Assembly (NCBI GenBank): GCA_036230225.1
Contig: JAZAJX010000054.1
Coordinates: 340-64,339 of the forward strand
Direction: 5' to 3'
DNA: 64,000 bases
Origin: Pseudomonadota bacterium
GTDB lineage: Bacteria > Pseudomonadota > Gammaproteobacteria > Pseudomonadales > Alcanivoracaceae
Shown here: positions 1 through 8,503 of the stretch, in pieces
How the letters are laid out: every line of letters begins with the position of its first letter
Position numbering within the stretch: the first letter of the stretch is position 1
The notes under the pieces: generated by a model
Databases searched by the model: none
The model's input: the letters and a program-made list of their open reading frames with translations, nothing else
Told to the model about the DNA's origin: nothing
Program-made: the position numbers and the translations under genes

Positions 1-227
1 GTGACGCGGCCACTGGCCAGGGGATCGGCCAGGGCCTCTTCCAGCGCCTGGCGCCGCTGCTCCTCGGCTACCCGCCGGGCCTTCTCTTCTTCCAGGGACT
101 GGCTCAGTTCCAGCTGGATGCCGATCACCCAGACCAGCACCAGCATCAGAATGCCTACCAGGGCGGCCATCAGATCGGAAAAGATGGCCCAGACCGGCGA
201 GCTGTCGCTGTCGTGCAGATCGTCCAT
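1..227 (-). CDS. ZorB/MotB-OmpA-like membrane protein, partial (runs off the window edge)
   Basis: Not in the ORF track. Manual translation gives MDDLHDSDSSPVWAIFSDLMAALVGILMLVLVWVIG..., a MotB/ZorB W..FSDLM TM motif with the conserved Asp. Its ATG overlaps the TGA of the upstream gene (TGATG). Confidence 0.85.
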   Translation of the reverse strand, partial: MDDLHDSDSSPVWAIFSDLMAALVGILMLVLVWVIGIQLELSQSLEEEKARRVAEEQRRQALEEALADPLASGRV

Positions 228-2476
228 CAGTTGACCTCGCTGGCCGGGCGTTCTTCGCTGTGGGCGGGGCTGGTGTTCAGGTTCAGGCTGCCAAGCGCGT
301 CGATGACATCCTTCTGGGACGCCATGCTCAGTTCGATCACCTCGCGGGCCTGCTCCACGTAGTAGTTGAGCTGCTCGTCGGCACGGGCGGCGGACTGTTC
401 CAGCCGGCTTTCTACCTGCTGCAGGTTATCCAGCAGCTTGTCGTTGGCCTCGCTGAAGACCTGCACGGCGGTGGCGAAAGCATCGCTGAGGCTGGCCACT
501 TCGGCGGCACTGCCGGAGACATCACCGGCCACCTGGTCCAGTTGTTCGCTCTGGGCGCTAACCTGTTGGGCGAAGGTGTCGCCCACCTGGGTGAGGGTCT
601 CGCTGGCGGCGGTGATCAGGGTTTCGATGGCGTCTCGCTGGGCGCCGGCGGCGTCGCGCTGGCCGCTGAGCAGGGTGTCCAGCTCGGCCATGATGCGGCG
701 GCGCTCTTCCAGCAACTCGTTGTCCCGCTCGCTGCTGCGGGTCATTTCCTCGCGCAGTCGGCTGATCACTTCCGCCGCCGCTTTCGGGGTTTCCGAGGCG
801 GTCTCGATCAGGCGGGTCATGGGGGCTTCCAGGGCGGTGCCCAGGCGGCTCAGATGCTCGCTGACGGTGCCTTCCAGCTGTGCCAGACGCTCGCTGGCCG
901 CGTCGCTGCGTTCCGCGTGCGCGTCACGCAGGGCAATCAGCTCCTCGCGCACGGTGGCGATCAGGGTCTCCAGGCCGGTTTTCTGGCCCGCCAGCAGGTC
1001 GGTGGCGCTGTGCTGGAACTGGCTGTTGTGCTCATTGAGGGCGCGGCGCAGTTCGCTGACCAGCTCGCCAGCGGCGCTCTGCTGTGCTGCCAGCCCGGTG
1101 TGCCACTCGCTGGCGGCCTGTTCGCTCACCTGGCGGAACTGGCCGGTGATGGTGGTGAGCTGTTCTTCGCTGGTGCGGGCCAGTTGCTGCTGGGTCTCGC
1201 GCACTGCCTGCAGCAGGCTGTGGCCGGTGTCCTTCTGTTCAGCCAGGCCCTGCTGCCACTGCTGCAGGGCCTGCTCGCTGGCACTGCGGAATTGTTCGGC
1301 GATGGCGGTCAGTTGTTGCTCGCTGGCGTTGCCCAGCTCTGCCTGGGTGGCGCGGACCTGTTCCAGCAGATGATGGCTGTTGTCGCGGAACTGGTCGTGG
1401 TGGGCGGCCAGGGAGGTGCTGATGTCGTTGACCAGCCGGGCACTGGTCTGCTGGTGCTGCTCCAGCCCTTGCTGCCAGTGTTGCGCGGCCGCTTCGGTGG
1501 TCTCGCGGAAGCGCTCGGTGAGAGTGGCGAGCTGTTTTTCGGTGGTGGCGTTGAGGCGTTCGTGGGTGCCCTGCACCTGTTGGCTGAGGCCGGCCAGGGA
1601 TTGCTCCATGATCGGCTGGATGTTTTCCACCGCCAATCGACTGCTGTCTGCCAGGGTTTCCTTGAGGGACTGGCTGACCGACTCCGCCAGGGTGCGGTAC
1701 TGGTCGGTGAGGGTGTGGTGGAAGTCCTGTTGGTTGCGGGTCAGAGACTCGCTGAGCTGATCGCCCATCTGCTCCATGCGCCCGGTGAGCCCCTGCAGGG
1801 CGCTCACCAGCTCCGGGAAGAGGCGGGATTGATCCTGCAGGGCGGTGTAGGCGGACTGGCGCTGGTGGTCCAGGGAAAAGGCGTGCAGTTCCTGATCGAC
1901 CCGGTCGTCCAGCTTGCGTGATACCGCCAGGCGGTCACGGCGGCTCAGGGCGGCGCTGAGTCCGAGCATGGCAGAGGCCGCCACGCCGGCAATGGAGGTA
2001 CCGAACGCGAGGCTGAGGCCGGCGATGGGGGCGGCCAGGGCGCTGCGGATGGCGGCCAGTTCGCTGCTGCCATCCAGGGCGGTGGCGGCGCCCTGCAAGG
2101 TGACGATCATCCCCACGAAGGTACCCAGCAGGCCGAGCATGACCAGCAGGCCGGTCAGGTAGGGAGTCAGCTGGGGGCCGGGCAGGGGCGCCGGGTGGCC
2201 GTCAATGCGGCGCTGTACCGCATGGCGGAGGCTGCCGGGCAGAGTCTTCAGCCAGGCGACAAGGCCGTCGCGGCTGTCGGGCAGGTCATCCAGCTGCTGA
2301 TCCAGGCGGGCGGTGGTGCGGCGAAAACGCAGCAGTTCGGCAAAGCCCAGGATGTAGACGGCGGCGATGATCAGGGTGACGGTCAGGGCCACCGGATTGC
2401 GCAGAAACGTGGCGGCGATCCAGATCACGGCAATGGCGCCGAGCGCAAAGGGGACAGCAAAAAGAAAGCGTCTCAT
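227..2476 (-). CDS. ZorA-like protein (MotA/ExbB-type TM domain plus long helical tail with DUF802-like repeats)
   Basis: GLLGTFVG and GLSLAFGTSIAG channel motifs; about 550-aa helical tail with three W..GL..Q repeats. Confidence 0.8.
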   Translation of the reverse strand: MRRFLFAVPFALGAIAVIWIAATFLRNPVALTVTLIIAAVYILGFAELLRFRRTTARLDQQLDDLPDSRDGLVAWLKTLPGSLRHAVQRRIDGHPAPLPGPQLTPYLTGLLVMLGLLGTFVGMIVTLQGAATALDGSSELAAIRSALAAPIAGLSLAFGTSIAGVAASAMLGLSAALSRRDRLAVSRKLDDRVDQELHAFSLDHQRQSAYTALQDQSRLFPELVSALQGLTGRMEQMGDQLSESLTRNQQDFHHTLTDQYRTLAESVSQSLKETLADSSRLAVENIQPIMEQSLAGLSQQVQGTHERLNATTEKQLATLTERFRETTEAAAQHWQQGLEQHQQTSARLVNDISTSLAAHHDQFRDNSHHLLEQVRATQAELGNASEQQLTAIAEQFRSASEQALQQWQQGLAEQKDTGHSLLQAVRETQQQLARTSEEQLTTITGQFRQVSEQAASEWHTGLAAQQSAAGELVSELRRALNEHNSQFQHSATDLLAGQKTGLETLIATVREELIALRDAHAERSDAASERLAQLEGTVSEHLSRLGTALEAPMTRLIETASETPKAAAEVISRLREEMTRSSERDNELLEERRRIMAELDTLLSGQRDAAGAQRDAIETLITAASETLTQVGDTFAQQVSAQSEQLDQVAGDVSGSAAEVASLSDAFATAVQVFSEANDKLLDNLQQVESRLEQSAARADEQLNYYVEQAREVIELSMASQKDVIDALGSLNLNTSPAHSEERPASEVN

Positions 2477-3249
2477 ACAGTCGTGCTTACCTCGTTATTG
2501 ATGGACTGGTTGCCTGTCGTGTCAGTGACGAGGGCATCCAGCAGGCCGAGTACCGGTTCCTGGCGGGCATCCAGTTCGGCAAGTAACAGCAGTTGCAGTT
2601 CGCGCCGGAACTGGCTCAGCCAGCCTTGTGGGGCGAGCCAGTCCTGGGGGGTATGGAAGGGATCACGGGTGTCCCAGAGGGTGCGGTAGCGTTTTTCCAG
2701 GAAGCCGGGCAGGGCGCCAAAACAGTGACGCACATAGGCGGCCAGGCTTTGCTCAAACACCCGGTCCAGCTCTGCCAGACGCGCCATGGTCTCGCTGTGG
2801 CCGCTGAGCAGGCGACGGGCCCGCTGGCGCAGGTTGCTGACCCCGGCAATCATCTGTCGCTGGTGGGCCTGGTAGAACCGTTCATAGGCGCCGAAGGTCG
2901 GGCGCTTGTCCGTCGGGGCGTCGTCTTTCAGTGGCGGCAACGGAATCACCGAGGCCGCCTTCTCGCCGGCAAAGCTGCGGCTGAGATGGGCCAGCAGGGT
3001 GTCGCGGGTTTTCAGCAGGTCCGCCTGCAGGCGCTCGGCGGCATCCCCGCTGGCGTCGAACGGGCCCTTGGGGCGGTACTGGTTGGCGCCGTCCAGGGCA
3101 ATGGCGTCGGACAGGTCAAACAACCGCCCCAGACGCTCGGCAAAGTCCCCGTGACTGGCCCGGGCCGCCTTGCGATCCAGCTGTGTCAGCAGCGTCACCA
3201 GACGGCTGCCGGCGGGGCCGGATTGTGCGGGTGTGTGCGTCCTATGCAT
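2473..3249 (-). CDS. DUF3348 family protein (ZorF-like)
   Basis: RLVTLL..L...FAERLGRLFDLSDAIAL start and LLLAELDAR.EPVLGLL end resemble DUF3348. 4-bp overlap with the zorA-like gene. Start refined to MHRTH. Confidence 0.75.
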   Translation of the reverse strand: MHRTHTPAQSGPAGSRLVTLLTQLDRKAARASHGDFAERLGRLFDLSDAIALDGANQYRPKGPFDASGDAAERLQADLLKTRDTLLAHLSRSFAGEKAASVIPLPPLKDDAPTDKRPTFGAYERFYQAHQRQMIAGVSNLRQRARRLLSGHSETMARLAELDRVFEQSLAAYVRHCFGALPGFLEKRYRTLWDTRDPFHTPQDWLAPQGWLSQFRRELQLLLLAELDARQEPVLGLLDALVTDTTGNQSINNEVSTTV

Positions 3250-3448
3250 ACTCTTGGTTATCCATACTGCAGGGCGGAGCGAGCTAGCCGGCCATTCTAA
3301 TCGGGAAAGGGCGGGGATGATAATGCGTCTGTCGGTTGCGCGCTGCTGGCCGCACCGGATTGAGGATGATGAAATAGGTTCACAAGGCTCGGGCAGGGCT
3401 CGCGGGGAACGGCCCCGGCGGGGCTGATGGCAGACAGGGAGCAAGACA

Positions 3449-4000
3449 GTGAGCGAAGTGAACAACCTGGTGCTGATGGCGGACTACAACCGCTGGATGA
3501 ACACGCAGCTTTATCAGACGGCCGCCCCCCTGGGCGAGAGCGCATTGCGGGAGCCCCGTGGCGCCTTTTTCGGGTCTCTGTTCGGGACGTTCAGCCACAT
3601 TCTGGTGGCGGATATCATCTGGCTGAAGCGGTTTGCCCGCCACCCCGGCTGCGGCGCCGGTCTGGCATCGCTGGATACGGTGGCCTGGCCGGATGCGCTG
3701 GATGCCCAGCCCTGTGCGGATTTTGCCGCACTCCGGGCGCAACGCGCCGAACTGGATGCGCTGATTGCCGACTGGGTGCCGGGGCTGACCCCGGCGGACC
3801 TGGATCAGGCACTGACCTATACGACCATGAAGGGGGCGCCGGGGCACCGTCGTTTCGGCAGCCTGCTGCTGCATTTTTTCAATCACCAGACCCATCACCG
3901 GGGGCAGATCACCACCCTGCTGAGTCAGGCCGGTGTCGAGGTCGGGGTGACGGATCTGCTGGTGCGGATCCCGGATCAGGATGTCCTCGCCGGTCATTGA
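3449..4000 (+). CDS. DinB family protein
   Basis: YNRWMN, FFGSLFGTFSHILVAD and HFFNHQTHHRGQ motifs. Confidence 0.9.
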   Translation: MSEVNNLVLMADYNRWMNTQLYQTAAPLGESALREPRGAFFGSLFGTFSHILVADIIWLKRFARHPGCGAGLASLDTVAWPDALDAQPCADFAALRAQRAELDALIADWVPGLTPADLDQALTYTTMKGAPGHRRFGSLLLHFFNHQTHHRGQITTLLSQAGVEVGVTDLLVRIPDQDVLAGH

Positions 4001-4007
4001 ACCGGTC

Positions 4008-4029
4008 GTCATCCCGGGCTTGCCCCGGG
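4008..4029. repeat. Short palindromic repeat GTCATCCCGGGCTTGCCCCGGG
   Basis: 21/22 identical to 54903-54924. Confidence 0.55.
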
Positions 4030-4071
4030 GGGCGGTGACATCAATGATGGTTTTGCCTATCAGGTGCTCGG

Positions 4072-4317
4072 ATGCTGCACTGCGACGATCATGATTATCT
4101 GGAAATCGCCTGTACATTGCGTCTGCCGGTGCGGCTGCTATTGAAGGACGGCGGCACTCTGGAAGGCGTTGCCCGGGATACCGGTTATACCCCGGACAGG
4201 CAGGAGTGTCTGCTGCTGGAGGTGGACGGTGAGCGCCGGCCTGTGATCATGGCACAGATCAAAACGCTGATTGCCTTGCGGGATAATCCGCATTTTTCTG
4301 TGGTGGCGCTGGGATGA
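4072..4317 (+). CDS. Rho-binding antiterminator, Rof/YaeO family
   Basis: CDDHDYLEIAC motif and C-terminal NPHF; 81 aa. Confidence 0.85.
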   Translation: MLHCDDHDYLEIACTLRLPVRLLLKDGGTLEGVARDTGYTPDRQECLLLEVDGERRPVIMAQIKTLIALRDNPHFSVVALG

Positions 4318-4679
4318 CGCTGCAGCTTTGCCGTTTTGTCCTGGCATTTATCTGGATCTACCAGGGCATTGTGCCGAAATGGCTGGGGCCGCACGACGAT
4401 GAGCTGGCCATGAGCCAGGTATTGGGTGCCAGCCACGAACAGGCGGTGTGGATTGCCTATGGCGGTGGGGTGCTGGAGGTACTGTTGGGGCTCACAATAC
4501 TGGTGTGGTGGCATCGCCGCTGGCCGTATCAGTTGTCGGCGCTGGGTATCGGTCTGCTGTCCGTTTTCGTGCTGTGGCTGGCGCCGCAGTTTCTGCTGGC
4601 TGCGTTCAATGCGGCCACGATCAATGTGGCGATTCTGGGGTTGTCAGCGATTGCGTTGGTGGAGTTAAGGCGTTCTTGA
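4314..4679 (+). CDS. DoxX-like membrane protein
   Basis: WIYQGIVPK and G..EVLLG motifs; 4 TM segments. Confidence 0.8.
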   Translation: MTLQLCRFVLAFIWIYQGIVPKWLGPHDDELAMSQVLGASHEQAVWIAYGGGVLEVLLGLTILVWWHRRWPYQLSALGIGLLSVFVLWLAPQFLLAAFNAATINVAILGLSAIALVELRRS

Positions 4680-4744
4680 GAGAGTCTTTTTCCACCAAAA
4701 AATCAGCAGAGGTGTGAGTGATCCAGGGGCGTTTCAACAACCGT

Positions 4745-6304
4745 TTAAATCTGCGATTCAATCGGCAGCCAGGACAATAGCCAGACTCGAAACCGTTGCC
4801 AGCGAGAGGTTTCCGGATCGTGCTCGTGAATAACGGGCTCGCCATTCTCCATGGCCTGCCATTGCAGGTCGTGTGCGTCATTCAGTGAAAGGCGCCAGGC
4901 GGAATCGCTGGAGACCCAGCGATCAAAGAGCTGGCTGAGTTGCTGATTGAGTGCCTCGCTTTCAATCAGCAGGCCCACCTCCGTGTTCTGGATCAGGGAC
5001 CGGCCATCCAGATTCACCGAACCGATAAAGCTGCGATCATGGTCGATGACAAAGGTCTTGGCGTGCAGGCTGGCCCGGGACTCCCCCTGGAACCAGCGCA
5101 TGCGCTGGCGTTGCCCCGCCTCGGCGCGCAGCTCCCACAGTTCGACTCCTGCTTCCAGCAGGGGGCGGCGATAGCGGGAGTAGCCACTGTGCACGATGGC
5201 CACGTCGGTGGTGCTCAGGGAGTTGGTGAGGATACTCACCGCCACGCCATTGGCTTCCTTGTCACGAAACAGGGCGACGCCGCGTTTGCCGGGCACAAAG
5301 TAGGCGGAACTGATTTGCAGACGGGACTCGGCGCTGTCCAGCATCTGCTTGAGTTCCGTCAACAGGAAGCTGTCGCGAGGGATGTCGGTGTGGGCGATGG
5401 CCTTATCCGGCGGGTCCGCGTACAGGGTGGCAGTGCCCCATTCCAGGGGGACTTCACCGGCCACCAGCTGGCGACCCAGGCTGGAGCCGCGCAGGGCATT
5501 CACAAACTCACTGTCACGCTGTTCGACCAGGAAGGTGCGCAAGGCATCGCGCAGCTCTGCCAGTGATGTGTCGGTCGCCTCCGCATCCAGTACCCGGTCC
5601 ACCGGCAGGGCGGCCTGGCTGTTCCAGTATTCGTCGAAGCTCCGGCTGCCCGCGCGAACGACCGGCCCGGTGGCGAGTACATCCACATCCTGAAAATCCA
5701 CCTGGTTGTTGGAAAAGTACTCATCGCCCAGATTGCGACCGCCGGCGATCATCACCAGGGAGTCAGCCAGCATCAGCTTGTTATGCATGCGGTGATTGGT
5801 GCGATCGAAGGTGGAAGCCAGTTCCATCAGGCGCAGGGGGCCCTTGCGTGAACGCACCGGGTTGAACAGGCGGATCTGGATATGGGGGTGAGTGTGCAGC
5901 CTGGCAATCAACGGATTGTCCACCCGGGTGCCGAGGTCATCCACCAGGACCCGTACACGTACGCCCCGGTCGGCCGCTTCCAGCAGGCGGTTGACGATGA
6001 GCCGGCCGGTCGTGTCATCACTGAAGATGTAATACTGCAGGTCCAGGGAGGTGCGGGCGGTTTCGATCAGCGAGACCCGGGCCACAAAGGCAGACAGGCC
6101 GTCATCGAGCAGATAGAAGCCGGACTGATCCTGGTGGTCCCGGTTCCCCAGGGCGGCACGGGTAGCGTCGACCAGCGGGCCTTCCGTGGGGGGCGGCAGC
6201 GTGGTGCTGGCAACCCGGTCGCCGGGGTCGAAGGTACTGCAACCCTGAAGAATCAGGGCCGCCAGCAGCGTCAGTGCGGCAAGCCGGGCGATACGACAAT
6301 CCAT
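4745..6304 (-). CDS. Phospholipase D family lipoprotein (ClsC/YmdC-like cardiolipin synthase)
   Basis: Two HKD motifs (HNKLMLAD, HAKTFVID); lipobox LQGC. Start refined. Confidence 0.9.
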   Translation of the reverse strand: MDCRIARLAALTLLAALILQGCSTFDPGDRVASTTLPPPTEGPLVDATRAALGNRDHQDQSGFYLLDDGLSAFVARVSLIETARTSLDLQYYIFSDDTTGRLIVNRLLEAADRGVRVRVLVDDLGTRVDNPLIARLHTHPHIQIRLFNPVRSRKGPLRLMELASTFDRTNHRMHNKLMLADSLVMIAGGRNLGDEYFSNNQVDFQDVDVLATGPVVRAGSRSFDEYWNSQAALPVDRVLDAEATDTSLAELRDALRTFLVEQRDSEFVNALRGSSLGRQLVAGEVPLEWGTATLYADPPDKAIAHTDIPRDSFLLTELKQMLDSAESRLQISSAYFVPGKRGVALFRDKEANGVAVSILTNSLSTTDVAIVHSGYSRYRRPLLEAGVELWELRAEAGQRQRMRWFQGESRASLHAKTFVIDHDRSFIGSVNLDGRSLIQNTEVGLLIESEALNQQLSQLFDRWVSSDSAWRLSLNDAHDLQWQAMENGEPVIHEHDPETSRWQRFRVWLLSWLPIESQI

Positions 6305-6323
6305 CCTTTCTGGCAGGGCGGCA

Positions 6324-6641
6324 TCAGTCGTCCTGATTGTCCTTTTGTTCCATGTTTCGGGAGGCCGTGCGGGCATCTTCCAGGGCGGCAAACTGTTCGG
6401 AAATCAGCGAGCCCACTTCCTGGTTGACCTTGCGGATGGTGTCGTACACCAGGCCGATGGTCTTGCGCTGTTTTTCTTTCAGGTTCCCGGCCTGTTCTTC
6501 AAACAGGCCCAGCTTTTCCAGTGCCTCAAACGGCAGGCCGGCAATGTGCTGGTGGACTTCTTCTACGGAAGTGGCACCGTCCTCGATGGCTTCCTGAATC
6601 ATGTCCTTGAGCAGTTCCGCCCGTTCAACGGTTTTCTTCAT
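6324..6641 (-). CDS. Small helical hypothetical protein
   Basis: 105 aa starting MKKTVERAELL..., 20 bp upstream of the PLD gene on the same strand. Confidence 0.7.
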   Translation of the reverse strand: MKKTVERAELLKDMIQEAIEDGATSVEEVHQHIAGLPFEALEKLGLFEEQAGNLKEKQRKTIGLVYDTIRKVNQEVGSLISEQFAALEDARTASRNMEQKDNQDD

Positions 6642-6843
6642 TTTCTGGATGACCTGTTGGTGAAAGCATTCACTGCAATGTAACGGAAAGCCCCGGGTAC
6701 AGCCACAGTTGCAGGGGGACGAATGACCGATTGTCTGACGTAATAAACGGTTACAGGCTGTTGCCTTGACCCCTGTGGAGCAATAGGGCCAATCTGGAAC
6801 CGGATTCATTGCTATCCTGTAGAGACGTCCAAGGAGTCACAGC

Positions 6844-7125
6844 ATGGAAAATGCCAAGCAGATGCTTGCCGATATCAAAGGCAAACTGGATGAACTGGAA
6901 AGTGAACTGGAGCAACTGGAGGCGCAGGGCGTCGGGGCCAACGGCGATTCTGGTATCGAAGCGGAACGTCATCAGCTGGCACTACAAGATGTGCTGACGG
7001 ATTTGCAGCAGCGCATTGATGAATACCACGAACTGGCGGACATGGATGGCAGCGGCCAGGGAAACTGGCAGCAGCTGGACCGTGATCTGATGGATCTGAA
7101 CAACGATCTTTACGGCGCTAACTGA
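6844..7125 (+). CDS. Acidic coiled-coil hypothetical protein
   Basis: AAGGAG RBS; 93 aa with heptad Leu periodicity. Confidence 0.7.
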   Translation: MENAKQMLADIKGKLDELESELEQLEAQGVGANGDSGIEAERHQLALQDVLTDLQQRIDEYHELADMDGSGQGNWQQLDRDLMDLNNDLYGAN

Positions 7126-7209
7126 TGGCGTGATCCACAGGGCGTGTTATTCCGTTGATGGAATGGCATCGTCCAGTGTCCCTTTACCCGCCAGTACCGG
7201 TTTTGTGCC

Positions 7210-7713
7210 ATGAACGAACTGACGATCCGTGCGGAAACGCCGGAGGATGTGGGTGCCATTCACGCGGTGGTGGAAGCCGCGTTTGCCAATGTCTCCTACA
7301 GTGATCAACGGGAAGCCCAGATCGTCTGGCAGTTGCGGGAGGCGGATGCCCTGGCGGTGTCGCTGGTGGCCGACCGGCACGGGGAGCTGCTGGGGCATGT
7401 GGCCGCGTCCCCGGTGCAGTTGAGCGATGGCAGTGATCACTGGTTTGGCATCGGTCCGGTGTCCGTCTTGCCGGACTGGCAAGGGCAGGGGATCGGTACG
7501 GCACTCATGGAGGCCGTGATTGCAACGCTGCGGGAGCAGGGGGCGGCCGGCTGTGTGTTGCTGGGGGATCCGTCCTGGTATCTACGTTTCGGTTTCGTGG
7601 CCACGCCATTACTGCGCCTGCCGGGCGTGCCACCGGAATATTTTCAGGCCCTGTTGCTCCGTGGTGACTGGCCGGACGCGGAGGTACACTACCCGTCGGC
7701 TTTTGCCGGCTGA
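7210..7713 (+). CDS. GNAT N-acetyltransferase (YhbS-like)
   Basis: GPVSVLPDWQGQGIG and VLLGDP..Y.RFGF motifs. Confidence 0.92.
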   Translation: MNELTIRAETPEDVGAIHAVVEAAFANVSYSDQREAQIVWQLREADALAVSLVADRHGELLGHVAASPVQLSDGSDHWFGIGPVSVLPDWQGQGIGTALMEAVIATLREQGAAGCVLLGDPSWYLRFGFVATPLLRLPGVPPEYFQALLLRGDWPDAEVHYPSAFAG

Positions 7714-7735
7714 TTTATCTGACTGAGATCCATGG

Positions 7736-8287
7736 ATGGATGGTGTTTGGATGGCCTTCAAACCGCTTAGCAGCTCGCTTCTCTTTCAATCCCTGCGAAA
7801 ACATCTGGGATTTTTCTCCATTCTCTTTTCACTCGGGCTGGTCTTTGCCTGTGCCGGGAGCGGCCTGCTGATCTGGGCACATACGCCGGGTGACTGGGGG
7901 CTGATGTTGCTGGCCTCCTTGTTCGCACTGATCGGTTTCGGGGTGCTCATCATGGCGTTTGTCACCACCTGGAGCAGTGTGGGGTATTACTATGAGCGAG
8001 CCTTGCTGAAGAAATACGGCATCAATATCGATGGGCGGGTGCTGGCGGTGGAGCCCTATCATCAACCGGACGACGGGGAAGAACCCCTGTGGCTGATGAC
8101 CTTCCAGTATCACCATCAGGGGCAACAGTATGAGGGTGGCGCCATGCTGCCGGGCGAAGAATGGGCCGACAAACTGCCGCAGCAGCAGTGGTTGCCGTTG
8201 CGGTTGCTGAAGCCTCGTCCGCAGGTTGCCGAGCCACGCTGGCGGAAACTGAAGAACCAGCTCAAGCTTGATGGGGTTTGGGGTTAA
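7736..8287 (+). CDS. Two-TM membrane protein with a soluble beta-rich C-terminal domain
   Basis: Two hydrophobic segments followed by a DUF3592-like pattern. Start uncertain (7751 also possible). Confidence 0.65.
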   Translation: MDGVWMAFKPLSSSLLFQSLRKHLGFFSILFSLGLVFACAGSGLLIWAHTPGDWGLMLLASLFALIGFGVLIMAFVTTWSSVGYYYERALLKKYGINIDGRVLAVEPYHQPDDGEEPLWLMTFQYHHQGQQYEGGAMLPGEEWADKLPQQQWLPLRLLKPRPQVAEPRWRKLKNQLKLDGVWG

Positions 8288-8313
8288 AGGCCCTGAAGCC
8301 AAAGGCGGTTTTA

Positions 8314-8490
8314 CCACAGAGGGCACAGCGTTCACTGAGGAAAACCCGTTTCTTCAAGGTATATGTAGGGTGGGGTAGGCGCAGGCGTAACCCACCGATT
8401 GCGAGTTTCTTGTGGATACGCCTGCGGCTACGCCACCCTGCACACACAAAAGTGATGTTTTTCCCTCAGTGAACGCTGTGCCCTCTGTGG
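8314..8490. repeat. Nested palindromic element: perfect 27-bp outer inverted repeat enclosing a GTAG-type REP doublet
   Basis: 8314-8340 is the exact reverse complement of 8464-8490. Inner pair is 8364-8396 / 8412-8442. Confidence 0.85.
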
Positions 8491-8503
8491 AAAACAGATT
8501 TTT

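Noticed and set aside
260-1921. Long plus-strand ORFs (553 aa, 335 aa) over the ZorA-like gene
   Set aside because: Antisense shadows typical of high-GC DNA, with no motifs. The same applies to 10179-11267, 18836-19777, 43257-44312, 45736-47172, 47275-48885 and 56966-58042.
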